In this document: piece after piece, positions 49,373 through 63,555 of the stretch
Layout: each line of letters starts with the position of its first letter
How positions within the stretch are numbered: the first letter of the stretch is position 1
Assembly (NCBI GenBank): GCA_949358305.1
Contig: OX442314.1
Location: 22,878,001-22,942,000, forward strand
Direction of reading: 5' to 3'
Source of the DNA: Strigamia acuminata
Taxonomy: Eukaryota
Length of the DNA stretch: 64,000 nt
Position numbers and translations under genes: made by a program
The notes under the pieces: model-generated
Told to the model about the DNA's origin: nothing
Database searches by the model: none
Seen by the model: only the letters and a program-made list of their open reading frames with translations

Positions 49373-51562
49373 AACATAAATATGTTAATGCACACCGGCT
49401 GTTGTACACAATAAGCCGAAAATATCTGTTTACTATAGTTAGCACGCCAACTTTAGCCAGAACAAATTTAGCTATTGTTGCTATTGTTTTTGTTAAAATT
49501 ATTCACAAAGGCTACATGAATGCCGAACTGGCGAGTTAGGAACAACCAGCTTTATCTCTTAACTTGGGGCAATGTTGCTGTGGCTAATGAGATAATCTCA
49601 ATTTAGAGCAGGCAACCTATACAGCGATTTAAATGAACTGCACGATGTTATCCGCTAAAATGAATTGCTGTTCCTTGCTGGATTGTCTCTTGGCTCCCCT
49701 TACATGTACACCGGTGACTACCACTACGACATTATTACTTAATTTATCAGTCCAAGAACAACAAAGCTGTGGGGAAAGCCAAGCAAGCCAGCAAATGAAA
49801 GCGGACAGGTCAACCCTCATGCCAAGCAAGAACAGAACAAACACCAAACAAACAGCTTACTTTCTTCTTCCGCAAAGAACTTTTCGTGCTGTGTGTGCCT
49901 GGGATTGTGTTGTGGCATATTGGCTAAGAAATTTGGCATCTCTTAATGCTGGATTAACAACGCACCAAGGAAAGCAGTAGCTGCACTCAAAAAGTCGTGT
50001 TTTAAATGTTTTAGGTGGTTGTGTTTTTGTATTTTTTAACATCGCAATAAAAATACACTTGTAAAACGACTTTTTGAATGCGGGCAGTTTTTCTATTTTG
50101 GATTGTTGGCCCCGTCAACTACGGTCAATGTTTTACGCTTTTACCACACGAATTGCGCGTTGGTGTGGTTTTTAATGGCGTGGGTGAATCCAAACCGCAA
50201 GATTGAAATCACCGCGCGAATTAATGATCTCACGATGGCTTTGGAGTAATATTTCCACTCTGGAAGATTTCGACCGAGACAACATTGTCACAAATGTTTG
50301 TGCTGGATTGAATTTGCTTTGGTCCTTTTCAAACAATACGGTAGCGGCTTTAATTTTATTGCAATGCCTTATTAGTGCGGCAGCTTGCTCTGTGTGTGTG
50401 TGTGATAGCCAATACATCATTTAATGTACTGGTGAGTTAATGGAAGAAGTCGACGACAGCTGAGGCACTAATGGCTTTCGAAAACCTTCGCCACAACCAG
50501 GAACATCCAAAATGTTGAAGGTTTTTGTGTCAAGGTGACAATTACTACAGCTGCATTCAAAAAGTCGTGTTTTAAGTGTTTTCTGCGAATGCCGAACAAA
50601 AGCATGTCACTCATGGTTGTTTTTTGGAATATCGTAACAATGATCAACAAAAGTTTGTGCTCGCGCATTGAAAGAGCTTTGTTTGTGCCGCCAGTGTTGT
50701 TTTTTTGAAATGATTCAATCTTTCTTCCCATCTTTCAAAAGCAAACACAGATGGAATTGTGAAAGCCAGAGCTGCCTGGAATAATTTTTGTCAATTTAGA
50801 GTTCTCGTTTTGACATTTGTTGGTGCTATTGTTATAAATTTTCAATCGGTATGTGCTGGAATGGAATGTCACGTGATGTGTATCCCAAATGTGGTTTTAC
50901 TACCATTTTGAAGCCATAGCAATAAAACCAGACTTCGAACATGAAGGAAATTGTCACATAAATACGGTCAATATGGGCAAGTTGTGAATAATTTAGACAT
51001 TTTTTTTTGCCATTTCGTTGCATGCTATATACATTAATTTGGGAGCAAATTGTGGGATATTCTCATTTTTATTCATACAAAAATTATGGTGGAAACAATA
51101 GTTTCTCTAAAAAAAACAATTTCAGTTAACATGGGTATTTATGTAATTATATAATTATTTTGAACGAACTGAAAGTGTTTAAAAAGGCACACCTGCCATG
51201 TTACAATAGTTATTACTTAATAACTCAACATATTATTACTGAGTAATGTGGTGTTGTATATTGTTTATTTGTTGTAATGTACTTGATTGCCTTTAAAATG
51301 AAGGTTAACGTCATTGTAACAACATTATTATCACAAACTTTGTTGTAATGAGGGGTGAAAATAATTGTACACTGTTGTTCACATTGATTTGTTAGAGTAG
51401 TTCGAGGATCCTCATTCTACAATGACATTAAGGTTGAGCATGTTGGGAGAAATTGAAGGCGACTACGTCATCATCATCCGCACACAGTGAAAACCCCGTT
51501 GTGACTCGAGTCTAGGCCTGGGCTTGAGAGTTTATTTACGGCCTAAGATGGCCTGGTTTGGG

Positions 51563-54500
51563 TCAAAGATATTCAACTATATCACATTTTAGTGTCGGAT
51601 AAGACGAATGTTCGTACGATCTGTCCACGTGGTTGGTTGGTGGCGGCTGTTGTTGTTGGTGCGATGCGTCGAAAGTGTGTTCCTTGTTCCTGACATCAGT
51701 TGCAGACGTCCAGGATGGAGAGTGCGTAATATCCGGTAAACTGCCGGTGTTTGCTGCTTGGTGGTGCACGACTTCCGTTTTATCTGTGGGCGTAAATGGA
51801 GTATGAGAGTCGTAAAAAGGCAAAAAGGGAAGTTTGTTGATGGCATCCTTAAGCAGGTCGTTTATAATCTGCACGAGCAAATAAGGAATAAAGCCAAGGA
51901 AATGAAAGGACGACCTTGGGAATGATATGAAAAAAAAAAAATAAGTAAAAGAAAAAAGAAATCGTAATAAGTTTATTTTGCTTGGGTTTGGTTTCAGCAA
52001 AAACAAAAAAATTGGAGCTTGCAGCAGCTGCATATTCAGTTTGTAGCATGCCCACAAAGAAAGGGTTGTAAATTTGATGTTCCAGGCTTTTATGGTTGTT
52101 TTCTCTTTTTTTTTTTCTTTTTTTTTTTTGCAGAAAAACAGTCAATATTACTAGCACTATTAGAAGTTTGTTTATCAACCTGGAAGTTAATCCCCAAGGA
52201 AATATTTAAATTGATTTATGAGTTTTTTTTGCTTTGAAACTTCTAAGTGGAGAATTGCAGTTGAATGCACAAATGAAAAAGGTTGCATACATGTGAAGAT
52301 GTGCACTCATTGCGTAAAGAGATTAGCAAATTGCCTCGTTTGTGTATCTTTGCATACAGCATCTTACTATGCAAAGAATGACTTCTTGTACTGTAAACTG
52401 GCAAAATTTAGAGCAGGTAAGGTCATTCTGATGGCTTAAAAGTGACTTGTTTGAAGGTGAAATGTGCAATAAGTGCTTTTTTTTTACTAGAAAAGGAGAA
52501 AGTCTTTTTCTTTTCTTCTTTTTCTTTTCCATCAGGAAGAAAACTTTTGAATGAATGCACTTAATTGGTGTATAGGACAACCAGGTAAATGAAGAAATAA
52601 CTTTCCGTTAATTTACATGTCAAAACACATCTTATTTTTAGCAGTTTTGTCAAATGTTAATGCGATTACTAATGCATGACGCGTGCTCAGGTCTTATCAC
52701 TATCTCAAAAGGAAATTGCAAAAGGAAAAAAAGTGACCCTCGTTGGTCCCTTTTGCTAACGTACTTTTTGGCACTTTGCTTTTGCAAGCTCTGGCGTTTT
52801 TTACATCGTGTCCGCTGACAAAAAGGAAAAAAAGTAATTGAATACACCGGATTGAATACACCTACAGTTCGCGCCCGGTATCTTGATGCTAAATTTGTAC
52901 TGCGCATCTCATTCTGCGTATACGATTTTCTAATTCCAGTTGTTATTTAGCAGTTTTAAGCCTAATATTAGACCTAATAACTAAAATAAAGTAAATACCG
53001 TACTGCCTCATTTTTTTGGGGGCCGACTCCCTCCCGGTAAAGTCAGTTCGGGGCGGCACACGGTGCAATAAACGCCGTCCAACCCCGGCGTTTATTCGGG
53101 CTCGGCATCTAAATGAACCCGGGCGTTTAAATGAGGCAGTAGGTAAACAACAATATTTTGGTACTGCACTGTAAATTACTTTTAAGCGTTATTAGGCCTA
53201 ATATTAGACTCAACACTGCTAAATAACAACTGGAATTAGAAAATCGGATGCGCAGAATGGGATGCGCAGTATGAAAAGAACTTTAGTGCTTTTTATTCAG
53301 ATTGCAAAGCTAGGATAGCGTTTACGCTGGTCTACAGTGTGTATGGCCCACAGGGTGGGATTGGTGATAATTAATCACTCTGGTTAATTGTTGCTCGACC
53401 AATCGTCACGCGATTAATTGACGCCCGATTAATTGTCTGGATATCCACTGGGTATATCCACTGCACAAGCCATGCTTCATATGTCACTTACCATAAGCGA
53501 CTGACTTTCTTTTCTGTCTTTATGCTTGACTACATTACTCCTCTCTCTACCTGTTAGAACATTTAAAGTTATCAATGTGCTGCTGTGAGAATTAATTGCA
53601 TTCATTCATAAGTCACTTCTCCTTTTACGACTTGAACGCACGTATCTGCCAGCCAAAAGATACGCAAGGTTCAAGAGATAAAGGATCCACTTAATGCGCA
53701 GATTGATTGCGCATAACCACTTTGAGTCATTAGTAATCTCGCTGAATTAAGTGTCTTGAAAGAAGTGCTTATTCTAATTGCTTTTTATATTATCTTACGA
53801 GTGTCACCTTTTAATCACTTTCAAAGTTGAGTTTTGCACACAAAGCTTTCTCTGCCATTTATGTCCGACCAATCACGAGGCAGAACCTAAGCAGCCGTGA
53901 TCAGAAAAAGATTGCCACCTTAACAAAAATTCAAGTGCTTCACTCCAGCACAAATTTTAAGGATGGTGCTTGAACAAATGAAAAGGGGCAGATGAAGAAG
54001 AAGAAAAAAGTTGTGCAGAAGCACATTGAAAGCTTTAATCAATCTGTATTTCTGCTTTCAAGAACGGAATTATTTCTTGTATTATATACAATAAGACTTT
54101 ACTTGGTGCATTCAACTTACTATGTGGATCAATAATGTCTGCTCTTGAATCAGGCAGTTTTCTTTTATTTCATTCAGAAATTGTTGTGCAAATTTTGAGG
54201 ATTTTGCAAAAATCTTTAAGCTGAAGTCTGAGTTTTACCTTTAAGTGCAATAATTTGCTTAATTTGAAATGAATGCTAACGATCGTTTTATATGGGAAAG
54301 AATTAAAGGAACATCAAATTTACTTTAACATTTATTTTATTACGTATTTACTCCTATTTAACCACATTAACATTTCATGTAAATAAACATGCGCTAAAAA
54401 GGCATTTTAGGAGAAATTGAGTACTCTTTTTTTTACACCAATAAACCATGCAGGACTCTACACATTCCATTGTTATTCTGTAAGAGCCCAACCTGTATGG

Positions 54501-57500
54501 TCCCTCTTTTCTAAGGGCAAGTATCCTTTCTTGCCCCAACTAAATGCTCGTCGCAATTGTTGACTTGGACTCTCTATTGTGTAAACTGGAATAAAATACA
54601 CAATAAACTATTATGACACGTATATTGCTTCTCCGTTATCCATTCTCAAAATTTATTTTTAGTTTGGACGCATATGGAGGTAATGATGAATTTTTCTTGT
54701 CTGAAAGCATTTCAGTTGTGTTGGAAAAAGATTTTTTCTGCAGGTCAGGGCATTTACATATTGGCTTGTTAGTGGATTTTACTTATAGGTAGGATGTTTA
54801 TACTAGTATGTATTTTTAAAACGTATTTTTTCGATTCTAAAAGAAAAGTTGGTCTTAGAATTGAAGAAATACGGTAGATACATTTGTGAAATGAGGCATA
54901 CATAAGTTATATTCTATAGCTTGTGATGTTAGCTTTATTGACTGAAGCAGATAATGATAAACTTTTAATCTGAAAAGTGCATGTGGAGAATTTAATTGGG
55001 AAATGCACTAAATTTGAGCAGCAAGTTCATCTAGATAAAGTGACTCCAGAATAGGTAATTCTAGAATTATTATGTACCGGTATTATTAATTTTGGGTATT
55101 TTTTTTCTTCTTTTTTGCGTTGTTGCGTTGTTGCTCAGGGGTGCAAATTTCTTTGAGAAATTAATTAAAGAAAATTCTGAATTGTACGTTGAAAACATTG
55201 CTATGCTTATATTACTTAGGAAATCTGAACGTTGTGAGTTGTTTTGAAAAATTGAAGAACTGAAATTAAAATTTTTCTGATTCTTTCAAATGATGGAATT
55301 GTTATTATAGATATTTACCAGCGTTTCAAGGCTTTTAAAAATTTTTTTTTTTGATGTGAGTGGAAATTGTTATGTTTTCTTCTGAACTTTTTTTAAGTAT
55401 CTCGAAATGTAGCCCACAATTATTAAATATTTCATTATCCACAAAGGAAAAACTTATTTCCACATAAATCTTTCAAAATAAATTTACAATATTCATTTCT
55501 TTTATTTTCCTGACAAATTAAATTTTCTTTGTTGGTGAAGTACAGGAGACAACAATAACTGCATTTAAAAATAGAGTAAAGTGTATCGGTAGATCAGTGG
55601 TTCTTTGCCAGCGGTGCAAGCACATCTTGAAACTTCGTAACTGATAAGGACCGCAGGAGTGTGTAATCCACAATTATTAAATTTAAAAAAAAATAAAGTA
55701 TTCACATGACCTAAACGATGTTTTTTCTTATATTTAAATGCACTTTTATTTCACATTGTTTCAAACAGTTTTCTTTATACTGTGTGTTGTAACACTACTT
55801 TTTCATTTTTTAAGTAAAAAGGCCATACTAGGTGAATAGGCTGCTGGATGTGTGACATCGTGAATAGTGAATTATGAATTATGAGTAGTTATGATGTCAC
55901 ATGACATTTTCGAACAGTCAAGTAGATTCTTCACCTACAACAATGCCCCCTCTATCTTGGATTGAACAATGCACAGCTGTTTTGTGCATGTTTGCACCTC
56001 TAGTATGTTCGAAATTGGGGGAGTTTTGCTGCATTGTGAACAGACAGAACAATTAAATTTTGCTCGTTGTTTCGCTTGTTGCTTTGCAGCATTGTGAACT
56101 AGCCTTTAAACAATCAGTTCGGCTGCTTTGTTTTGATCTATAAAGGTAAACACAAAATTTAAAAAATGTGTTACTGAAACCTTTCAGTTTGATCATGCCA
56201 GTCAGGTTTTACATAAACTTGCTTGTTCAGCCATTTCTCCTTTTATCCTTCTCCACTTTTGGCACTCAGCAAGCGAACTGGGAAGAAAAGACAATTTGTA
56301 CTTCTACTTCAGCAACTAATAGGTGCACAAGTCATGTGATGCTTGACAGAGTCCAAAATAAAAGTCTCGCGGTAGCAATGACGTAATTAATTTACGATCA
56401 CATGTTGTTCGAACAATGGGTTTTGGACTCTTTTATTCCTTTAATGCATCTCGTTCTTAAATTACTGGCGCTGTGTTACAACTGGCTTTGGGATTGTGGA
56501 TCGATGTTGCCACTCTTCCGACAACCACACGTATAATTTAAACTAGATTAGGTTAGGCTACACTGTTTGGGAGGTCACATTAGCTTTGGTCAGGGCTTCT
56601 TGCTTAACTCTGAACAGAGAACACAACCAATTCTAGTAGGACATTGTTTATGAAAATGATGTCTGCTGCGTGTTGATTAGGTTTGTGCTTGCCGTAATAA
56701 ACAGGTTTAAAAAATTATGCTGTAATTGATCATTGTGTAGATTTTGGTGAGGTACGAAAAGACCGTTTTTTTTTTTAAGTATAATATAAATAATGTAGAT
56801 GGTGTTTAAAATGCAGTATTTTAAAAAAAATCTCTCAGGGGTGCAGCAGACTAATTTTAAAATTCTTTGTAAAAGAATTTAGTAATGTGATTTACGGCAT
56901 GCCATAGCCTATGAATTTACAATTAGATTTTAACTTATTTAAAAAAATTGTTTCGTAAGGGTTTATTAATTTTTAAAATGCCCACAAGGGCAATTGAAAA
57001 CTGATCTTGAAGTTGGAAAGTCATCGACTAGTGTGTAGATGTTTTTTTGTTAATTTTTCTTGAATTAAAATGGGATCAAGGAAATGTTAATTGGTAGGGT
57101 AATTACTGAAGGTCTCTTTTAGATTTTATTTTTTGTTTTGTCTCTTTTGTTGTGGTCTTGTGCGGAATGTTATCTTGTGTTTTTACGTTGGATCATTTAT
57201 TTCACTTTGCCAACAGATGTAAGAGATGAAAAATTTTCTTGTATTCATGAGCTGACGTTTCCTACTTCCGCTTCTTGGAATCAGTGGCATAGGCAGGGAG
57301 GTGTAGGAGTGCACAAACTACACATGTAGCCACCACCCTCTTGGAAGGTGCCGTGGAAAATTATTTTTATTGTTTTTTTTAGAAAACAGTAATTTTTTTT
57401 TAAAATTGACACTTTTATGTAACTATGTTTGAATTCTGCCTTTACAACAACAAAGGATAATGAATATCACTATCATTAAATGTCTAACATATAGTTTTAT

Positions 57501-60500
57501 CTCTTTCTGTGTCTAGACTTGTTTCCAGAAGCACAGCCTGCCTGAACAAGTAGACTATTGAGTATTGAGTACTCCCATGTTACTTTGCCTTTTTCTATCT
57601 TACTTCTTTTACTTTCTTTTATTTTTTACCCTTCTGTTCCCTTTCAACCATTTTTTTTTCTGTAACTGCCTTTTTTTTTCTCCTTTTTCCCAGTTGTGCT
57701 TACAAAACTAAGTGCAGCTGAAAAAGAAATCCTAAAACACCAAAGTTTGCATGTAGTTAGCAGCATAACACTTGGCAGGCTGTGATTAATTGACTATTGA
57801 AATGTGTTTTAAAAAAGTTCAGTTTTCCTAGCTTATGAGCAATGTGTTTTCAATGGTTAAATTCTTAAGGAAATTAAAAGAAACAGTTTCTAGCTGACAG
57901 TCAGGACCTGTGAGAGGTGTGATGGGCCCAGACAAGTAACAATGCGGGGCTGTATGGATAAAAACCACTAATATCCAAAGCATAGATTTTTTTTCATTTA
58001 TTATTTGCATAAAAATAGACAGGAACCGTTTACCACGCTGATCACCTTTTCCCTTTAAATTAGAACAAGAAGTTTAGCACCATAGGGTCTGGTTGGGTGA
58101 CCTGTTGGGTATCCCAGTTTGTTTTTCTACCTTTGGTTTGATCTACAGTTCGTGCCCAGTATCTTGATGCACATCCCATTCTGCGCAGACGATTTTCTAA
58201 TTCCAGTTGTTATTTAGCAGTATTAAGTCTAATATTAGGCCTAATAACGCTAAAGTAAATAAACAACAATAAACTCATCATTAAAAGTAATTCACATTGT
58301 ATGACCAAAATATTGTTGTTTATTTACCTTTATTTTAGCATTATTAGACCTAATAATAGGCTTAATACTGCTAAATAACAACTGGAATTAGAAAATCGTC
58401 TGCGCAGAATGGGATGCGCAGTACGAATTTAGCATCAAGATACCGGGCGCGAACTGTGTAGGTACTGTTTTTTTGCAAGAAAATCGGCTGCCCACCACAG
58501 TTGTGGTTTCCTCGGTTGTCGGTGCAAAACAGTAGTTGGGTCCTTAAGAAAGCTGTCTCACAGATTGCAAAAAGGAAGGTATCTATTCAGTTTAAGAGGT
58601 ACAAAATAGTCCCCTGTATAGATTGATTTGTGGGAATAAAATATTAAAAGTAAAACAAAAGTCAAAGACTCATTAATTATCCACTTTCTAACTCGAGAGC
58701 CACTTGGGACCTGCTGCCAGCTATCAAAGCAATTTCTGTTTAGACATAAAATATGGAAATTTGCTTTGTATTGGGTTTCCATTTCCAGACTTTGTGGTTT
58801 TATTTCGCTTTACCACTGACTGAAACAGATAATTTACGCTTCTGTGTATGATTCTTTGTGCGCTTCCAAAGAAGAAAAGCTGATTATAACGACTGAACAG
58901 ATTTTACGTCTTTAATGTGAACTTTCCTCTAAGCTTTGGATAATTCCATTAAGTTTGTCTTTAGCTCATAAACCACGGAATTAGCTTACCTGAACATTTA
59001 GGTAAAGGTGAGCAACGTTCCTCGCTTGGAGGCGAGTTTTGGGGAGGCGTGTAATGCGGCGGCGTGGGTACTTTAGAGGAAACGTAAACTAGTTGGTAGG
59101 CTTCTCTTTGTGGCGACAGTGAAGTCAATGGCTCCTCCACGTCTTTATTGTCATTCAAGTTTTCATTTGATGTTTCCACAGCGCCCGAGAATGATGGTCG
59201 TTTCCTAGGAAACACATGACGTCATGAGAAAGAAATTTGATATTGGAATGATTTTTCCTTTCCCCCTCTCTAAATCGGCTTCACGTTTTTTCAATTTCTT
59301 TAAATCATAAAAATGTGCGTCGCAGCTTTTCTTTTTTTATTCTTTTTTTCAATTCTGGATGCTGTTCAAACGTCCAGCGAAGTTCCATCCATTTCTTTGA
59401 ATACCCCTTCGATTCTACTTTGCTCTTATTGTTACATGACTGGTAAAAATCATGTCTGGTATTGGGATAGGTTTTGATAAAAAATGAGGTAAAATTGACT
59501 CACTTATCTTCTACGGTTGATGGATCTATGTGGTGTTCGCCATTTTGGGACGATGTTGAATAGATGGAATTCATGTCTTCATCTTCGACATCAGTGAAGG
59601 CGACCCCTCGTTTCAACAACTCCACTCTCTTTGGTGCCTTTGATCGGTCCCGATTGAAAATACCGTGTATATCTTCGCCGAGCTGCTTGAGGAGTGATTG
59701 TAGCTCCAAGTCGTTCTGAAAGAAAGCAAAAGAATGTTTTTTCGAACGTTAAAGCTTGGTAACTTTAATAAAAATGGATTAATAATTGAAGAGAACAGGA
59801 TGTATGAAAAGTAGAAGTGCATCATTCTACATTGTGTACAGACGGAAGAGATAGAAAAGTATCTTTTGTTTGAATACACTTTTGAAATTTGAAAATGTTT
59901 CTTTGAAACCACTTCAACTCGGTCCATCGTCAGCTTTGAATAAGCGTGATGGTGAAAAGGCCGCTTTCTATATGCGGCTGAATCGTTACATCGCGGCAAT
60001 GGGTCTGCTTTTGAGGCCAATCACACGCTCCTCGAGTCGCATTCAGAACTGCACATCCCACGCTTGCAATTTTCCATAACCCATTCTCACATCTAAACAT
60101 ATGATGCCAAAAGAAATAGTAAAGTAATATTTTAAAACTAAACTATACTTCCAGATCTTGCTCGTCTCGTAATCTTGGTCTCGGAGATCTCGGTCTTTTT
60201 TGTCTCAGGATCTCGGTCTCGGGAAAACGAGATTTCATTATTACGAGATAGAATAAAAAACGGACTAGTTCAACTCACGTTATGAGTTGTAACGTGATTT
60301 GTACGTTTTTTTGTTTGTTTTTTTTTTGCTTTGGTGTCGTACGAGATCTCGTCTCGGAAAACCGAAACTGGAAAATGGCCGAGATGGGGGCTGAAAGTAT
60401 AAAACTATACTCAATCTGGCCAGCAAATCCATTAATTACTGATGGCTTTCTCATGCATAAGAAAAAAGTGGCCAACGACTGGGTCTTTTTGTTGAAATAG

Positions 60501-63500
60501 GGCATGATCAGACTAAAGTACTTCGGTAGAGTCCTTACATTTTATTGAAAGAGGGTGCTGATCACATTAGAATGCTCCAATGAACAATGGATTCACTTTG
60601 AGCAGGCGCGTCTCTTGCTAGACTGCCATGGAGTCCCTTTTATTTGTTGCCTTCATTTCGTCACCTTTTGAAGTGAAATTTCTTTTGGCGCAGTAGCAAT
60701 TCTAAATCGAATGACGTAACGGTGAGGGGAGGGGAGGGGAGGGGAGGGCAATTGAAAAAGTTTGTAGACCTACCGTATTTTTACCAACGAATTGTGGTTG
60801 CGGCCCCTTATTTAAACATCATTTAGCAGTTACTCACATTTTGGGAGGTTTCACCTGAAAGTGCTTATGACACATGAAAGTCTGATCCATTGATCTACCT
60901 CAAGGTGGCCTTTTTGAATTTGGTTGTAAAAACCATGTCGGCATAAACTGATTCATAAACCACTCCAGTCGTGGTTTTGGTTTTTGTGGTTTTTGGCTGT
61001 TTTTGTGAAAACCGAAACTTTGAAGGCGCCTACTTTATTTTGGCAGCGAAATGCTTGTTCGTTTGATTTTTTTTTCACTCTTTCTCGCTTTGTGTGTCTC
61101 AGTTAAGGCGCGGCGAGTGCAAAGTGAGTAGAGGCATTAACAGTTGCATTAGAAGCTCGAGCTAACCGAGGCGACGAAATGATCCTACTTTATCGCCATG
61201 TCTATTGCTAAGACAAACTCATTTTCAGCGTGTGGAGTGATGAACACCTGATTGTTTCCTTTGTATCAACACACTGGCAAAGCAACCAGCCAATGAGAAT
61301 TAATGATTTATTTGGACAGAGAGGTTTTTAAATAAACTTATTCATCACATTTGAGATTTCAGCCTTAATCACTTAAGATTTTGGGCATGGGATCCACATT
61401 GACAGAAACAATGGAAAAGTCATGTTTCTGGTGTAAAATGATTTCATCCAATTTGCACTGATTGTTGCTAATATGTTCGCTAGCAATTTCTAGACTTCGT
61501 AGCGAATCACAAAGGCTTTCAGCTTTGAAAAGGTCAAGTGAATTGGAATTAGTTACTTTATTCTTTGAATAGGATATATTCGACCCGTTCTGCACTTACT
61601 ACGGTCTGTGCTCGGAATCTTGATGCCAACCTGAAAAGTAAATTCCTTTCTGGCGCGCACATAAACAACAAAGAACAACTGGCAATAGCACTTCACTAGT
61701 ATGCAACAAGCAATTTTGCTGTTGTATTTTTGCGTGCGTGTAAAAATGAATTTGCAATTTGATTTTGGCCATCAAGATTCTGTGCGCGACTTGTTTCGGT
61801 TATTTCTTCGTTGCGGGCATTCGCGCACATTTTTTAAGGCACGTTTGCATTCATTACATTTAAACGGCTTTTAAAGGCACTTTTGTTGTTTTAAAGGCTG
61901 TATAAAACGGGTTAAGACTGGTTTAAATCGGGGAAACAAGGCTAAGCGACCTCTGCATTTTTCTAGTGAGTTTTATTGTGGGCACGGGTTTCAAGTTTGA
62001 ACTTTTAACGGGTTAATATTGCAGTGGTTGATGATGAAAATATCGTGACAAGACATTGAAATTCGTTTTAATATTAAAAGAAATGTTGAGGTAAAGTATT
62101 GATTCTTACAAACAGTTTAATCAAATTTGTCTTTGAAGATGCACACGCGAGAAGATTAATTCCGTGTTACGCATTACGTGATGTTAGAAAAAATTAAATC
62201 AGCTCTCAAAAGGTGTAATTAAGTATACCTAAGTGCACCCATGTAAGTTTGTGGATATGTGCTCGTAGTTCTTAATTTTTAACTTTGTCGCGTGAATTAC
62301 TCTTTAGGGTCTCGTATTATTAAATGAAGTTTTTTTTAAATGAAAGCGGCAAATTTTATAATGGTGAAGAAACAAGCACATTCTTATACTAATTACAAAG
62401 TTTTGCAACACGCTGCTGTTCTTTTATAGTTTAAAGAACCAGAACGACCCAACGGTGAAAGCTTTTCAATAATTATGAATTTCCGTAAATGCTCCCATAG
62501 AGCGCGGGATGCTAATTGAATGTGGTATCCTTTACAATGCAGGTTTAAATTGACACAAATGAGTGAATTCAATATCTAAATTGACCAAAGCGACTAAATT
62601 CAATATCTAAATTGACCAAAGCGACTAAATTCAATATCTAAATTGACCAAAGCGACTAAATTCAATATCTAAATTGAACAAATGACTAAAATAAACGTAT
62701 AAATTGCTCAAGAACACTAAAATAAATGTCTAAATTGTTCAAGAACACTAAAATAAATGTCTAAATTGATCAAGAACACTAAAATAAATGTATAAATTGA
62801 TCAAGAACACTAAAATAAATGTCTAAATTAATCAAGAACATTAAAATAAATGTCTAAATTAATCAAGAACACTAAAATAAATGTCTAAATTAATCAAGAA
62901 CACTAAAATAAGTGTATAAATTCACTGAACCGATTAAATTTAGGGAAATTTAGGGTGTGTCAATAGTCCGCGGGTGTTCTGTCAGAGTATTTACGGTAGA
63001 CATCAGGGATATCGGGCGCGAACAGCAGTAACCATACAGTACTCACTTCTCTGAGCGTTTTTCTACATTTTTGGTTTTCCTCTTGAAGAATTTTCATGGA
63101 TTCTTGAATGTCGGATTCTTCTGAGTCGCGACGCCTTTTGAGTGATGGTTTAAAGGTGGCTCGCACCCGTTTGTCTGTTCCGTGGGGATTCCGTTTGAGT
63201 TCGATTAACTGGAAATAGGAAGACAAGTAGCCATTAACTCTTTGCGTCGGGAATTTCAGTGCAGACTTTGACATCGTAAAATGACATCCATATTTTCTCT
63301 GCAGGACACTTTTGCGACCATAAAACTGACCTTAGGCACAAAGACGAGACAGAGTGTGGTTGTAGTGCAAAAGATGATGAAAACTGAAATGATGATGAAT
63401 GAGGCATTCTGCTGGTCGGACAAGATGAAAGAAATGGCTGCTCCAATGACGCACATGATGACCACATTATACACGGACATGCCAATGTACTTGGAATCAT

Positions 63501-63555
63501 TTAATGCTGGGATGCTCACACGTCGAGTCTCCCACGCTAGAAAGCAGCCGAACAC
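51563..63555 (-). CDS. GABBR2: GABA-B receptor subunit 2, 3' exons (63555-63331, 63208-63047, 59715-59504, 59204-58990, 53550-53492, 51868-51563); 5' part beyond the window
   Basis: [30 protein letters not shown]...[21 protein letters not shown], coiled coil, C-terminal KCDIVEYL as recalled for arthropod GABA-B-R2; all six exons are phase-compatible. Confidence 0.92.
52865..53272. mobile_element. Long-TIR foldback MITE with a nested element
   Basis: Starts TA|CAGTTCGCGCCCGGTATCTTGATGC; same family as 58146-58456; right arm truncated. Confidence 0.8.
52998..53143. mobile_element. Nested Tc2/pogo-like MITE
   Basis: TA|CCGTACTGCCTCATTT...AAATGAGGCAGTAGG|TA; the empty site gtaaataaacaacaat is present in the sister copy at about 58256. 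Confidence 0.85.
58146..58456. mobile_element. Long-TIR foldback MITE
   Basis: About 130-bp imperfect inverted arms, CAGTTCG(T/C)GCCC...GGGCGCGAACTG. Confidence 0.85.
62566..62925. repeat. Two related 31-bp minisatellite arrays in a GABA-B-R2 intron
   Basis: About three copies of ctaaattcaatatctaaattgaccaaagcga then about seven of caagaacactaaaataaatgtctaaattgat. Confidence 0.9.

Noticed and set aside
49633..49980. 115-aa plus-strand ORF
   Set aside because: No recognisable family or exon linkage; cannot be supported as coding.
51536..51565. Readthrough at the GABA-B-R2 TGA-C stop
   Set aside because: Only 8 codons to the next stop; indistinguishable from chance.
60150..60395. GTCTC/GAGAC-rich segment
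   Set aside because: Probably a degraded MITE, but no TIR pair or TSD could be fixed.
61365..61630. Possible alternative GABA-B-R2 exon / 76-aa ORF
   Set aside because: There is a good acceptor near 61630, but the in-phase frame stops after 25 codons and the 76-aa ORF is in another frame behind TAG TAA; no homology support.
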